A DNA stretch of 64,000 nt from a bacterium. Lineage in GTDB: Bacteria; UBA8248. Below are positions 1 through 10,330 of this stretch, piece after piece. The notes under the pieces are model-generated. The model saw only the letters and a list, made by a program, of their open reading frames with translations. It was not told the origin of the DNA and did no database searches. Location: positions 2,111,848 to 2,175,847 of the forward strand of contig OZ245330.1 of assembly GCA_965225985.1 (NCBI GenBank). Direction: 5' to 3'. Within the stretch, counting starts at the first letter, position 1. Each line of letters starts with the position of its first letter. The position numbers were made by a program, and so were the translations under genes.

Positions 1-85
1 GGATCCAAAAGTCAAGCTGAAATAGATCCCGAGAAACCACCAGTCTCATAACTTTTCCATCTTGATTCACCGGGAGGTAATTGGT

Positions 86-1528
86 TTGGCCGACATTCTT
101 ATCAAGGGCGGGACAGTCATTACCGTTGACCCCACTCGCCGGGTCATCGAAAAAGGGGCCGTCGCCGTTTCAAAGGACAAAATTGTCGCTGTGGGGCCTT
201 CCCGCCAGGTAGCCCGAGAGCACAAGGCTCGCAAGGTGATAAATGCCCGAGGGATGGTGATTATGCCTGGGCTCATTGACACCCACGGCCACTCGGGGAG
301 CACGCTAACCAAAAACATCGGCGAGCGACTCACGGGCCAACCGTGGCGCTTCCTGCTCGACCATCTTCTCTTCCGGTGCGTAGACGAGGAATTTTGGGAG
401 GTTGAGGGACGACTCATGGCCCTCGAGCGCCTCAAGTTCGGCACCACGAACTTCGTCCACATGTTCGGTACCGCTCCGCGGGGGGACGACCCCATTTACC
501 CCGAGGTGCACATGAAGGGAATCGCCGATGTGGGGATTCGCTCTATCACGGGGGTGGGGCCTCCCCGGCCACCCTACCCCACCGTGTACTCCTCATGGAG
601 AGGGGGAAAGAAAACCGACAAAAAAGTTTCGATGGAAGAATCTTTCCGGGTGGCCGAAAAGGTGATCCGGAAGTGCCACGGCAGGGACAACGGGCGGACG
701 CAAGTGTGGGTCGCCACATCCCGCCCCCAAGCCCCATCGAAGTACGACATGATGTTCCGCCCCGAATACCTCAAGTACGGGTTCACGCAGTCGAAGCTGA
801 TCCGGCGGCTCATGGAAAAGTACGGCGTCGGTTTGCATGCCCACGCCTACGGCGGGGTCGTGAAGTGGTCCCACGAACGCTTGAAACTCCTCGGGCCGAA
901 TGTGCTCCTGGCGCATTGTACGGGTTTCACGAAACAGGAACTTAGATATATGCGGGACACCGACACCAAAGCGAATCACAATCCGACCGCACGGCGAATC
1001 TGGGGTTACGATACCGTTTGTAGTCTAGTGGAAATGATCGACATGGGGATTAGCGTCTCTATCGGTACGGATTGCACCGGTCAGGACCGGACCCAGGACC
1101 AATTCAAGGATATCAAAGTCGCCATCCTGCTCCAGAGGCAGCGATTTCACGATCCAGGCATCTTGCCCCCGGGCAAGGTAATTGAGATGGTTACGATAGA
1201 TGCCGCCAGAAACGTGGGGATGGATCACCTCACCGGCTCCCTGGAGGTAGGGAAAAAGGCCGACATCATCCTTATCAATATGGAGCAGCCCCACCTCGCC
1301 CCAATCTGGATGGTTCCCCAAAGGGTGGTTTATCAAGTGACAGGGCACGATGTGGACACGGTGATGGTAGATGGGAAAATCTTGATGGAAGGGCGGAAGG
1401 TGAAGTCCGTCAATGAGAAAAAGGTTTTGCAAGACGCCCAAAGGGCCGGCGAGCGAATGGTAGAGCGTAGCGGTGTCGCTCCATTTATGGGCATGCCCGA
1501 TAGATTCTGGGGCAATTCCCGGTACTGA
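86..1528 (+). CDS. TRZ/ATZ-family metal-dependent amidohydrolase, paralogue A1
   Basis: ORF 62..1528. Starting at TTG 86 (GGGAGG at 72-77) gives (M)ADILIKGG, matching the MADIIIKGG N-termini of the paralogues. Motifs: PGLIDTHGHSG (HxH), HAHAYGG, LLAHCTG, SIGTDCTGQD. Confidence 0.9.
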   Translation: MADILIKGGTVITVDPTRRVIEKGAVAVSKDKIVAVGPSRQVAREHKARKVINARGMVIMPGLIDTHGHSGSTLTKNIGERLTGQPWRFLLDHLLFRCVDEEFWEVEGRLMALERLKFGTTNFVHMFGTAPRGDDPIYPEVHMKGIADVGIRSITGVGPPRPPYPTVYSSWRGGKKTDKKVSMEESFRVAEKVIRKCHGRDNGRTQVWVATSRPQAPSKYDMMFRPEYLKYGFTQSKLIRRLMEKYGVGLHAHAYGGVVKWSHERLKLLGPNVLLAHCTGFTKQELRYMRDTDTKANHNPTARRIWGYDTVCSLVEMIDMGISVSIGTDCTGQDRTQDQFKDIKVAILLQRQRFHDPGILPPGKVIEMVTIDAARNVGMDHLTGSLEVGKKADIILINMEQPHLAPIWMVPQRVVYQVTGHDVDTVMVDGKILMEGRKVKSVNEKKVLQDAQRAGERMVERSGVAPFMGMPDRFWGNSRY

Positions 1529-1540
1529 GCCGGCAGGAAC

Positions 1541-2512
1541 ATGTCGATCAAAAAATACTTATTCATTCGATTGCTGCAGGCAATTCCCCTCCTGATCGGC
1601 GTGATCATCATCAATTTCGTCCTCATCCATTCCGCTCCCGGCGATCCAACCCACTATATCCTCGGCGAGGCCGACGTTGATCAAGATTTCATCGATCGCC
1701 TCAAGAAAGACATGGGATTAGATAAGCCCATCTACATTCAACTCTGGCTCTTTTTGCTGAGATTTTCCACGGGCGACCTGGGATATTCCCACATTTCAAG
1801 TGCCACCGTTCTGGAGCTTATCCTGGATAGATTGCCGGCCACCGCACTATTGATGGGCAGCCAGTACGTGCTCTCCGCAATTTTCGGACTTTTCCTGGGC
1901 GTCCTTTCGGCCAAAAAGCCAAATTCATTTCTCGACAACTCCGTGACAGTCTTCTCACTCGCCGGGTTCGCCATTCCTCTTTTCTGGCTGGGGCAGATGC
2001 TTCTGCTTATATTCGGATTTCATCTTGGATTGTTTCCCATCCAGGGCATGTTCAACCTCCGGGCGGGATATACCGGATTCGCATACTTTCTGGACGTTGC
2101 CCATCACCTATTTCTTCCCGCCCTCACCCTGAGCCTATTCAACATGGCTCTCATTGTGCGCCTGACGCGCTCGAACATGCTTCAGATTATGGGCCAGGAT
2201 TTCATCATGGTTGCCCGCTCAAAAGGAGTGTCTGAAACGGGTGTGCTGCTCCGGCACGGTCTCCGGAATGCCTTGTTGCCGGTCGTCACCATCATTGGAC
2301 TTCAATTCCGGACCCTTATCGCAGGGGCCGTTTTGACCGAGACCGTCTTCGCGTGGCCAGGTGTGGGCCGATTGACCTACGACGCAATTTTCGCACGGGA
2401 CTATCCGCTGCTCATGGGAATATTCATATTTATAACCGTCTTGGTGATCATCGGGAATCTGTTCACCGACATCGTATACGCCTATCTCGACCCCCGAATC
2501 CGGTATAAGTGA
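1541..2512 (+). CDS. ABC transporter permease, DppB/OppB-like (peptide/nickel/opine type)
   Basis: 323-aa polytopic membrane ORF. N-terminus MSIKKYLFIRLLQAIPLLIGVIIINFVLIHSAPGDP is typical of DppB-type permeases. Stop overlaps the next permease (ATGA-type junction at 2509-2512). Confidence 0.9.
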   Translation: MSIKKYLFIRLLQAIPLLIGVIIINFVLIHSAPGDPTHYILGEADVDQDFIDRLKKDMGLDKPIYIQLWLFLLRFSTGDLGYSHISSATVLELILDRLPATALLMGSQYVLSAIFGLFLGVLSAKKPNSFLDNSVTVFSLAGFAIPLFWLGQMLLLIFGFHLGLFPIQGMFNLRAGYTGFAYFLDVAHHLFLPALTLSLFNMALIVRLTRSNMLQIMGQDFIMVARSKGVSETGVLLRHGLRNALLPVVTIIGLQFRTLIAGAVLTETVFAWPGVGRLTYDAIFARDYPLLMGIFIFITVLVIIGNLFTDIVYAYLDPRIRYK

Positions 2513-3411
2513 TGGATACGCAAGTAAGCGAAACGCAAACGAAATTCGCGGAAGAGTTCGATGCAGAGCCGGAAGGTTTTGGCTTCCGGGAGTTCTGGCA
2601 GAACTATAAGAAGAACAAGGCCGCGGTATTTGGAGTTTGCATCGTGGCGTTTTTCCTCTTAGTAGCGATCTTCGGACCGGGATTTGCTCCATACGCCCCC
2701 CTGGAGCTTTCGGAAGAGGCTTTCCTGTATCCCTCTTTCACCCATTTTCTGGGGACAGACAACATTGGGCGTGACGCCTTCAGCGGGGTAATTTATGGCG
2801 CTCGCGCCTCCCTGATGGTGGGCCTCTTCGCGGTCCTGACCTCAAGCGTCATCGGGATCCTGGTGGGGGCGATCTCGGGTTTCTACGGCGGGAGGATCGA
2901 CGATTTCCTGATGCGGATCACCGAAATGTTTCAGGTGCTTCCCCGCTTCTTCCTGGCAATTGTTTTCGTCGCCATCTTCGGCTCGAGCTTGTGGAACATC
3001 ATCTTCGTAATCGGGATCCTTACCTGGCCCACGACGACGAGGCTGCTGCGCGCCGAATTCCTCGCCCTCGAAAAGAGGGAGTTCGTCGAGGCCGCCCGGG
3101 CCATAGGAAGAGGAGACATCGGCCTTATAGTAATGGAGATGCTTCCAAATGCCATATCTCCAGTCATCGTAAACGCCTCTCTCCAAGTGGCCGGAGCCAT
3201 ACTTCTCGAGGCCGGGCTCAGCTTCCTCGGTCTCGGAGATCCGAGCATCATTACCTGGGGCTTCATGCTTCACAATTCGCAGGAGTATTTCCATCATGCC
3301 TGGTGGCTGGCCGCTTTTCCCGGCATGGCCTTGTTTCTAACGGCCCTCGGTTTGAACCTGATGGGTGACGGCTTAAACGACGCGCTAAATCCCCGACTGC
3401 GAAGACTCTAA
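2509..3411 (+). CDS. ABC transporter permease, DppC/OppC-like
   Basis: 300-aa membrane ORF with the FLGTDNIGRD motif and a C-terminal LNDALNPRLR typical of DppC-type permeases. Translationally coupled to the preceding permease. Confidence 0.9.
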   Translation: MMDTQVSETQTKFAEEFDAEPEGFGFREFWQNYKKNKAAVFGVCIVAFFLLVAIFGPGFAPYAPLELSEEAFLYPSFTHFLGTDNIGRDAFSGVIYGARASLMVGLFAVLTSSVIGILVGAISGFYGGRIDDFLMRITEMFQVLPRFFLAIVFVAIFGSSLWNIIFVIGILTWPTTTRLLRAEFLALEKREFVEAARAIGRGDIGLIVMEMLPNAISPVIVNASLQVAGAILLEAGLSFLGLGDPSIITWGFMLHNSQEYFHHAWWLAAFPGMALFLTALGLNLMGDGLNDALNPRLRRL

Positions 3412-3483
3412 ATTCCCTGACGAATAGATTCGCGCGAGATTTATTCAAATTCATTTTCACTGAATTCATCGGAGGGCCTTCTC

Positions 3484-4926
3484 GTGGCCGACGTTATCAT
3501 AAAAGGCGGAACGCTGATTACCGTCGATCCTGACCGCCGGGTCATCGAAAAAGGAGCGGTCGCTATCACGAAAGATAAGATCGTGGCCGTGGGACCTGCC
3601 CGAAAAGTTTTGAAAGAACACCGGGCCCGGAAGGTGATCGACGCCCGCGGAAAAGTTGTGATGCCCGGTCTTATCGACACCCACGGTCACTCGGGAACGG
3701 TTTTGACCAAGACCATCGGGGAACATGTTGCCGGGGGCGCGTGGAGATACATCCAAGACCATATTTTTCTCCGTAGCATCACGGAAGATTACAGTTATGT
3801 GGACGGTAAGCTCATGGCGCTTGAGCGCCTCAAGTTCGGAACGACATGTTTTATGCACATGTTCGGTAACGCGCCGCGGGGAGACGATCCCATCTACGCG
3901 GAAGCACAAATGCGGGGGGTTGCCGAGGTGGGGATCCGCCAGAACACAGGCGTCGGCTCGCCAAGACCGCCTTACCCCACCCTCTACTCCTCCTGGAAGA
4001 ACGGAAAGAGGACTGACAAACTCGGAACCCTCGAAGAAGGCTTCAGGGTCGCCGAAAAGGTGATCCGCAAGTGCCACGGCATCGATGAGGGACGGACTCT
4101 GGTCTGGGTCTCCGTCTCTCGTCCGCAGGCGCCCTCCGTCCACGATCCCATGTTCAAGCCGGAGTACATGAAGTACTCGAAAAAACAGGCGAAGATCATT
4201 AAGCGGATCATGGACAAGTACGGGGTAGGATTTCATGCCCACGCCTATGGCGGGGTCGTGAAATGGTGCCACGAACAGCTCGACATCCTTGGCCCAAATG
4301 TCCTTCTGGCCCACTGCACCGGGCTTTCGAAGCAGGAGATCAAATACCTCGCCGAGACCGACACCAAGGTAAACCACAATCCAACCGCCCGCCGGATTTA
4401 CTCTTTCCCGGGCGTATGCCCGGTGATCGAGTTGCTTGAAGCGGGGGTCAGCGTTTCCATTGGCACCGATATCGCGGGGCTGGACAGGACCGCGGATCAA
4501 TTCAAGGACATCAAGGTTGCCATCATGCTTCAGCGCTATCGCTTCCGCGATCCTTCCTGCTTACCCCCCGGCAAGGTCATCGAGATGATCACTATCGATG
4601 CCGCCCGCAACCTGAGGCTAGATCACCTCATCGGCTCATTGGAAGTGGGCAAGAAGGCAGATCTCATTCTCATCGATATGGAGCAGCCCCATCTCAAACC
4701 CTTGTGGATGGTGCCGCAGCGGGTGGTCTATCAAGTAACGGGACATGACGTGGACACCGTGATGGTGGACGGGAAAATTCTAATGGAAGGTCGAAAAGTG
4801 AAGAGTGTGAATGAAAGCAAGGTGCTCGGAGAAGCCCAAAAGGAAGGAGACCTCATGGTGGAGCGGAGCGGCGTTGAGCCCTTCATGGGTATTCCCGACA
4901 AATTCTGGGGGCATTCCCGATATTGA
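3484..4926 (+). CDS. TRZ/ATZ-family amidohydrolase, paralogue A2
   Basis: 480-aa ORF with GTG start and GGAGGG upstream. MADVIIKGG..PGLIDTHGHSGT..HAHAYGG..LLAHCTG..SIGTDIAGLD. C-terminus FWGHSRY is shared with the paralogues. Confidence 0.9.
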   Translation: MADVIIKGGTLITVDPDRRVIEKGAVAITKDKIVAVGPARKVLKEHRARKVIDARGKVVMPGLIDTHGHSGTVLTKTIGEHVAGGAWRYIQDHIFLRSITEDYSYVDGKLMALERLKFGTTCFMHMFGNAPRGDDPIYAEAQMRGVAEVGIRQNTGVGSPRPPYPTLYSSWKNGKRTDKLGTLEEGFRVAEKVIRKCHGIDEGRTLVWVSVSRPQAPSVHDPMFKPEYMKYSKKQAKIIKRIMDKYGVGFHAHAYGGVVKWCHEQLDILGPNVLLAHCTGLSKQEIKYLAETDTKVNHNPTARRIYSFPGVCPVIELLEAGVSVSIGTDIAGLDRTADQFKDIKVAIMLQRYRFRDPSCLPPGKVIEMITIDAARNLRLDHLIGSLEVGKKADLILIDMEQPHLKPLWMVPQRVVYQVTGHDVDTVMVDGKILMEGRKVKSVNESKVLGEAQKEGDLMVERSGVEPFMGIPDKFWGHSRY

Positions 4927-4982
4927 GCGGGCGACAATAATTATTGCCGGTTAATTTGCTTATCCGTCTGGAGAAATTCGAC

Positions 4983-6425
4983 ATGGCTGACATCATCATC
5001 AAAGGTGGGACCGTGATCACCATCGATCCCGGGCGCCGAATCATTGAAAAGGGCGCCGTTGCCATCACAAAAGATAGGATCGTGGCCGTGGGACCTGCCC
5101 GAAAAGTTTTGAAAGAACACCGGGCCCGGAAGGTGATCGACGCCCGCGGGAAGGTGCTCATGCCCGGCCTCATCGACACCCACGGCCACGGCGGCACCAC
5201 TCTGACCAAGAACATCGGGGAGCACATCTCGGGAGCCGCTTGGCGCACTCTTCAGGACCATCTCCTCTACAGAAGCGTGACGGAGGACTATTGGCATGCC
5301 GAGGGAAGGCTCATGGCCCTCGAGCGCCTCAAGTTCGGCACCACCTGCTTCATGCATATGTTCGGCACCGCCCCCCGGGGAGACGACTCCATCTATCCGG
5401 AGGCGCATATTCGCGGCATCGCCGAGGTGGGCATCCGCTCCTTCACCGGTATCGGCCCTCCCCGCCCGCCCTACCCCACTGTCTATTCCTCCTGGAAAAA
5501 TGGAAAGAAAACAGACCGAAAATTCAACCTGGAGCACGGCTTTAAGACGGCCGAGAAGACGATCCGCAAGTGTCACGGCATGGACCAGGGCCGGGCGCAC
5601 GTGTGGGTATCGGTATCCCGGATCCAGGCCCCCTCGAAGGATGATCCCATGTTCAAGCCCGAGTACATGAGGTACTCGAAAATACAGGCTCGGAATATCA
5701 AGCGGATCATGGCCGAGTACGGGGTGGGTTTCCATGCTCACGCCTACGGCGGGGTCGTCAAATGGTGCCAAGAAGGGCTCAATATCCTCGGCCCGCGGGT
5801 CCTCCTCGCGCACTGCACGGGCCTCTCGAAGCAGGAGATCAAATATCTCGCCCAGACCGACACCAAGGTGAATCACAACCCGACCGCGCGACGGATTTAT
5901 TCTTTCCCTGGTATCTGCCCGGTGATCGAGATGCTCGACGCAGGGGTTAACGTCTCCATCGGAACCGACTGCACGGGCATGGATCGGACCCAGGATCAAT
6001 TTAAGGACGTTAAGGTCGCTGTTCTTCTGCAACGCCTTCGCTTCATGGATCCCTCCATCTTGCCCCCGGGAAAAGTGCTCGAAATGATCACGATAGACGC
6101 CGCCCGGAACCTCGGGATCGACCACGAGGTCGGTTCTCTCGAAGTTGGAAAGAAGGCCGATATAATTCTCATCAATATGCAACAACCCCACCTTGTTCCT
6201 GTCTGGATGGTCCCTCAACGGTTGGTGTACCTGGTGACTGGGCACGACGTGGACACGGTTCTCGTGGACGGGAGGATCCTGATGGAGGGTCGAAAGGTAA
6301 AGTCCGTAAATGAGAAAAAAGTGCTTCGGGATGCCCAAAAAGAAGGGGAGCTCATGGTGGAGCGAAGCGGGGTTGCCCCATTGATGGGAATGCCGGAAAA
6401 GTTCTGGGGGCACGCACGTTACTGA
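4983..6425 (+). CDS. TRZ/ATZ-family amidohydrolase, paralogue A3
   Basis: ORF 4944..6425. Internal ATG 4983 (GGAGAA 7 nt upstream) gives MADIIIKGG like the paralogues. PGLIDTHGHGGT, HAHAYGG, LLAHCTG, SIGTDCTGMD. Confidence 0.9.
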   Translation: MADIIIKGGTVITIDPGRRIIEKGAVAITKDRIVAVGPARKVLKEHRARKVIDARGKVLMPGLIDTHGHGGTTLTKNIGEHISGAAWRTLQDHLLYRSVTEDYWHAEGRLMALERLKFGTTCFMHMFGTAPRGDDSIYPEAHIRGIAEVGIRSFTGIGPPRPPYPTVYSSWKNGKKTDRKFNLEHGFKTAEKTIRKCHGMDQGRAHVWVSVSRIQAPSKDDPMFKPEYMRYSKIQARNIKRIMAEYGVGFHAHAYGGVVKWCQEGLNILGPRVLLAHCTGLSKQEIKYLAQTDTKVNHNPTARRIYSFPGICPVIEMLDAGVNVSIGTDCTGMDRTQDQFKDVKVAVLLQRLRFMDPSILPPGKVLEMITIDAARNLGIDHEVGSLEVGKKADIILINMQQPHLVPVWMVPQRLVYLVTGHDVDTVLVDGRILMEGRKVKSVNEKKVLRDAQKEGELMVERSGVAPLMGMPEKFWGHARY

Positions 6426-6478
6426 ACCACCGAAAGAGATTTGCTCGTCTGTCCCCATTTTATCAGGAGAAACGAGGC

Positions 6479-7921
6479 ATGGCCGATATCATCATCAAAG
6501 GTGGCACCGTGATAACGATGGATCCGGAACGCCGGATCATCGACAAGGGCGCGGTCGCCATTAAGAAGGACAAGATCATCGCTGTCGGCTCGGCCCGGAA
6601 AATATTGAAAGACCAAAAAGCGCACAAAGTGATAGACGCCCGCGGCAAGGTGATCATGCCTGGCCTCATCGACACCCATGGGCATTCCGGCACCACCTTG
6701 GCCAAGAACATCGCAGACCATGTTTCCGGTCACGCCAACCGCTTCCTGAAGGACCACATCCTCTTCCGGAGCACGACGGAGGACTACTGGTACACCGAAG
6801 GAAAGCTCATGGCTCTTGAGCGCCTCAAATTCGGCACCACTTGCTTCATGCACATGTTCGGTTTTGCTCCGCGGGGTGACGATCCCATCTACCCCGAGGT
6901 CCACATGCGGGGGATCGCCGAGGTGGGCATCCGTTCGTTTACCGGTGTCGGCCCCGCCCGCCCTCCCTACCCTACCGTGTACTCCTCCTGGAAAAACGGG
7001 AAGAAAACCGACAATCGCGTATCACTCGAAGAAGGCTTCCGGGTGGCCGAGAAGGTGATCCGCAAGTGCCACGGGATGGACGACGGGCGCACCAACGTTT
7101 GGGTATCGGTTTCCCGGCCGCAGGCGCCATCAAAGCAAGACCCCATGTTCAAGCCGGAATACCTTAAATACTCGAAAAAACAGGCAAAGCATATCAAACG
7201 GATCATGGACAAGTATGGAGTGGGATTTCACGCGCACGCCTACGGCGGAGTGGTGAAATGGTGTCACGAGCAACTGGACATACTTGGCCCTAAGGTCCTC
7301 CTCGCCCATTGTACTGGCTTGTCGAAACAAGAGATCAAATATCTCGCCGTGACCGACACCAAAGTGAACCACAATCCGACCGCCCGCCGGATTTTCTCTT
7401 TCCCGGCCGTCTGCCCTGTGGTCGAGCTGATCGACGCCGGGGTAAGCGTCTCCATCGGCACCGACTGCACCGGGGTGGACAGAACCCAAGACCAGTTCAA
7501 GGACATCAGGGTCGCCATTTTGCTTCAGCGCCTGCGGTTTACGGACCCCACGTTGATGCCTCCCGGCAAGGTACTCGAAATGATCACCATCGATGCCGCC
7601 CGGAACCTCGGGATCGATAACCTGGTCGGTTCCCTCGAGGTGGGGAAAAAAGCCGATATTATTCTCATCAATATGCAGCAGCCCCACCTTGTCCCAGTAT
7701 GGATGATTCCCCAACGGGTCGTCTACCAGGTAACGGGCCACGACGTGGATACGGTTCTCGTAGATGGGAAAATCCTACTCGAGGGAAGGAAAGCGAAAAC
7801 TGTGAACGAGAGCAAGCTTCTTCGAGACGCACAGCGTGAGGGAGAGCAGATGGTGGATCGGAGCGGCGTCGCTCCCTTTATGGGTTTGCCCGACCGTTTC
7901 TGGGGACACTCCCGCTTCTAG
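6479..7921 (+). CDS. TRZ/ATZ-family amidohydrolase, paralogue A4
   Basis: 480-aa ORF with AGGAGA upstream. MADIIIKGG..PGLIDTHGHSGT..HAHAYGG..LLAHCTG..SIGTDCTGVD. Confidence 0.9.
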   Translation: MADIIIKGGTVITMDPERRIIDKGAVAIKKDKIIAVGSARKILKDQKAHKVIDARGKVIMPGLIDTHGHSGTTLAKNIADHVSGHANRFLKDHILFRSTTEDYWYTEGKLMALERLKFGTTCFMHMFGFAPRGDDPIYPEVHMRGIAEVGIRSFTGVGPARPPYPTVYSSWKNGKKTDNRVSLEEGFRVAEKVIRKCHGMDDGRTNVWVSVSRPQAPSKQDPMFKPEYLKYSKKQAKHIKRIMDKYGVGFHAHAYGGVVKWCHEQLDILGPKVLLAHCTGLSKQEIKYLAVTDTKVNHNPTARRIFSFPAVCPVVELIDAGVSVSIGTDCTGVDRTQDQFKDIRVAILLQRLRFTDPTLMPPGKVLEMITIDAARNLGIDNLVGSLEVGKKADIILINMQQPHLVPVWMIPQRVVYQVTGHDVDTVLVDGKILLEGRKAKTVNESKLLRDAQREGEQMVDRSGVAPFMGLPDRFWGHSRF

Positions 7922-7927
7922 GATGTT

Positions 7928-8637
7928 TCACACCCGTGGAGGAACCCCGGGGCCAGGCAAAAGGTTGAAGGCCCGCATGATTCGATACTGAATGGCCGGC
8001 AAAAAGGCCTCGGCATATTCCACCTCCACCTGGCCCCCCCGCGAAGCGGTCCAGTGCCGCTCCCGCTCGATAATGCGCTCAACGTTCTCGAAGGAAATGG
8101 GTCCCGTCTCGACCGAGAGGCCCTTGTGCTCTTTTAGTGCCTCGAGCTTGGCCTCGATTGTATCGCTAATGTCCACCCCGACGCTTACCTCGGAGTTCAT
8201 CTCGGAAACCGTGTCGCAGTAATAAAGGTGCCCCACCTTGAAGGGGGGATTCTCGGTCTGGACATTTTCCAGACGGCCTTGAGGCAAGCGTTCAGGACGA
8301 CACCCGAAAGGACGCGGTGGTCGTTGTCGAAATCGGAGGGGTGCGTTGTGACGACGATATCCGGGCGCACCTCGCGGATCATTTCAACGACACGGTGGGC
8401 AAGCTCAATATCGCCTGTTAAGCGTCCCCCCTTGTAGTCGAAGTAGCGCGTCTCGGAGCCCAAGGCCGCCGCCACTCTATCTCCCTCTTCCGTGTTCCCC
8501 CCACACACCGACCCCATCACCACGCGGTGTCCCCGCTTGGCGTACTTGGCTAGTGTCCCTCCGCAAATAAATGCCATGTCAAATGGATTGGTGTGCGCTC
8601 CGACGCCCAGCATCGTCAGCCTATCCATTTTGTTCAC
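7928..8637 (-). pseudogene. PIG-L/LmbE-family deacetylase split by a 1-nt frameshift (or sequencing error)
   Basis: Two overlapping minus-strand ORFs, 8197..8637 (N-terminal part: MLGVGAHTNPFDMAFICGGTLAKYAKRGHRV, HPSDFDNDH) and 7928..8287 (C-terminal part). Together they make one LmbE-like protein of about 236 aa if one nucleotide is added within the overlap. Confidence 0.75.
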
Positions 8638-8654
8638 TTCACTGTGCTTCCGGC

Positions 8655-8687
8655 AAAAAAAAGGGCGGGACCTCTCCGGCCCCGCCC
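8655..8687 (-). terminator. Rho-independent terminator after the solute-binding protein gene
   Basis: On the minus strand: GGGCGGGGCC-GGAGA-GGTCCCGCCC (10-bp stem, one mismatch) followed by T8, located 27 nt after the stop at 8714. Confidence 0.7.
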
Positions 8688-8713
8688 CGAGGAAAAATTA
8701 ATTTTCGAACTCG

Positions 8714-10330
8714 TTATTTTACAAACCCGACATCTTCCATTCCCTGAAATTGGGTGGGGTCCGCCGGGAGGCCGACAAGCGTCTTTTTATGGGCGAAGGG
8801 ATAAAATCGATCCCAAACCCATAGCACAGGGACGTCCTCGCTCAGGATCTTCGCCGCCTCAGAATAAAGGACCTGCCGTTTACTATGCACCAGTTCCTTG
8901 GAAGCCTCATCAAAGATTTTGTCTAGCTTGGGATTGCAGTATCCCGAAACGTTTCGCGCGAAGAGACGCTGAATGTTCCGGCAAACGTACAGCCTCTCCG
9001 TGCCGATGGCCGGATCGGGGCCGGAGGAAAAAGAGCCGAGCGTCACGTCAAAATTCCACTTGATGAAGGCTGTATCCCGCCAAGCGGCCCCATCCAAGGG
9101 TTCAATCTTGACATCAATCCCGATCTTCGCCAGTTGCGCTTTTATGAGCTGTGACGCGTTTTCCAGCGCGTTTTGGGTTTTGTTGTAGCTGATCCGCATC
9201 TGGAAACGCATTCCGCCCGCTTTGGGAGGATAGCCCGCCGCATCGAGAAGTTGTTTCGCCTTCGCTGGATCGTGCGGATACTGTTTTCCCGCCGAGGTGT
9301 AGAAAGGCTTTTGGAGGGAAGATATGGGACCCACAGATACTTTGCCGTACCCGAAGACCGCCTTTTTCACAATCGCATCGCGGTCCATGCCGTAGTAAAT
9401 CGCTTGCCGGACTTCCTTTTTGCTGAAGGGCGGGTTGCGGGTGTTGATGAAGGCAACAAACAGCCCGGCAGCGGGCCGTTCGGCGTTTTGGACAGTGATA
9501 TTGGGGTTTTTCGCCAGGCGATTCACCTCGGCGAAAGGCATGGCCATATAGGGGATGAAATCAGCCTCCCCTTTCTCAAGAGCGAGCACGCGAGCGGATT
9601 TGTTGGGGATAATCTGAAAAATGATGCGGTCGAGGAGGGGCTTCCCCTTTTTGAAGTAATCGGGGTTCCTCACGAGAGTGATGTGGCTCCCCTTCTTATA
9701 TTCTTTGAACTTGAAAGGGCCAGTCCCGACAGGCTTGAAGTTGAAGGGATTCTTCCTCGGATCCGTTCCCTCGTAAATATGCTTGGGGATGATGGTGGAG
9801 GAAACGTGCATACCCAAAGCTCGAATCATCGGTGGGTAGGCGAATTTGAGATTAAATATCACCGTATGCGGGTCGGGCGCCTCCATGCTCGTTACACTCT
9901 TGAGGAGCGTCACGGCGTGCCCGCTGTATTTGCGGTTCACCTGGAGCAAACCGTGAACTACATCCGCAGAGGTAAAGGGTTTCCCGTCGTGCCATTTCAC
10001 ATCCTTTCGGAGATGGAAAGTGTATTTCTTTCCACCATCAGTGATCTCCCAGGATTCCGCCAGGTTCGGCTGGGGGTTTCCTTTGGCGTCCAGACGGACG
10101 AGGGTACTGTAGACCTGTCCCGAAACGAGCATTTGGAGAATATCCGAGGTGATGGCCGGATTGATGTTGGGAACGTCTCCGCCCAGGACCACCACCATGG
10201 TGCCGCCCTTTTTGGCCATCATGGCGGCATCCGCCGGTAGAACGGCCAGTGAAACGATTGTTAACAACGCAACCACAACCCCTAGAGTTTTTGGCACAAA
10301 CCACCGCGATTCCCATCTCATCCTGCCCAT
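8714..10330 (-). CDS. ABC transporter substrate-binding protein, family 5 (DppA/OppA-like)
   Basis: 538-aa ORF with an N-terminal signal-like segment (VVVALLTIVSLAVLPADA) and length and composition typical of SBP_bac_5. Divergent from amidohydrolase A5. Confidence 0.9.
   Translation of the reverse strand: MGRMRWESRWFVPKTLGVVVALLTIVSLAVLPADAAMMAKKGGTMVVVLGGDVPNINPAITSDILQMLVSGQVYSTLVRLDAKGNPQPNLAESWEITDGGKKYTFHLRKDVKWHDGKPFTSADVVHGLLQVNRKYSGHAVTLLKSVTSMEAPDPHTVIFNLKFAYPPMIRALGMHVSSTIIPKHIYEGTDPRKNPFNFKPVGTGPFKFKEYKKGSHITLVRNPDYFKKGKPLLDRIIFQIIPNKSARVLALEKGEADFIPYMAMPFAEVNRLAKNPNITVQNAERPAAGLFVAFINTRNPPFSKKEVRQAIYYGMDRDAIVKKAVFGYGKVSVGPISSLQKPFYTSAGKQYPHDPAKAKQLLDAAGYPPKAGGMRFQMRISYNKTQNALENASQLIKAQLAKIGIDVKIEPLDGAAWRDTAFIKWNFDVTLGSFSSGPDPAIGTERLYVCRNIQRLFARNVSGYCNPKLDKIFDEASKELVHSKRQVLYSEAAKILSEDVPVLWVWDRFYPFAHKKTLVGLPADPTQFQGMEDVGFVK

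Noticed and set aside
1-6. GGATCC (BamHI site) at the very start, considered as a cloning junction.
   Set aside because: The sequence alone cannot distinguish this from a chance occurrence at an arbitrary window boundary.
3466-6458. Long antisense ORFs opposite the amidohydrolase genes (3466..4500, 4941..6458). Similar cases occur elsewhere: 10724..11587, 14951..16300, 37472..38806, 41341..42972, 42818..43879, 43713..45278, 56239..58116, 57092..58213 and 28994..29716.
   Set aside because: These are typical shadow ORFs of high-GC DNA. Their translations are Arg/Gly/Pro/Ala-rich with no family motifs, while the opposite strand carries clear family-specific motifs and GC3-biased codons.
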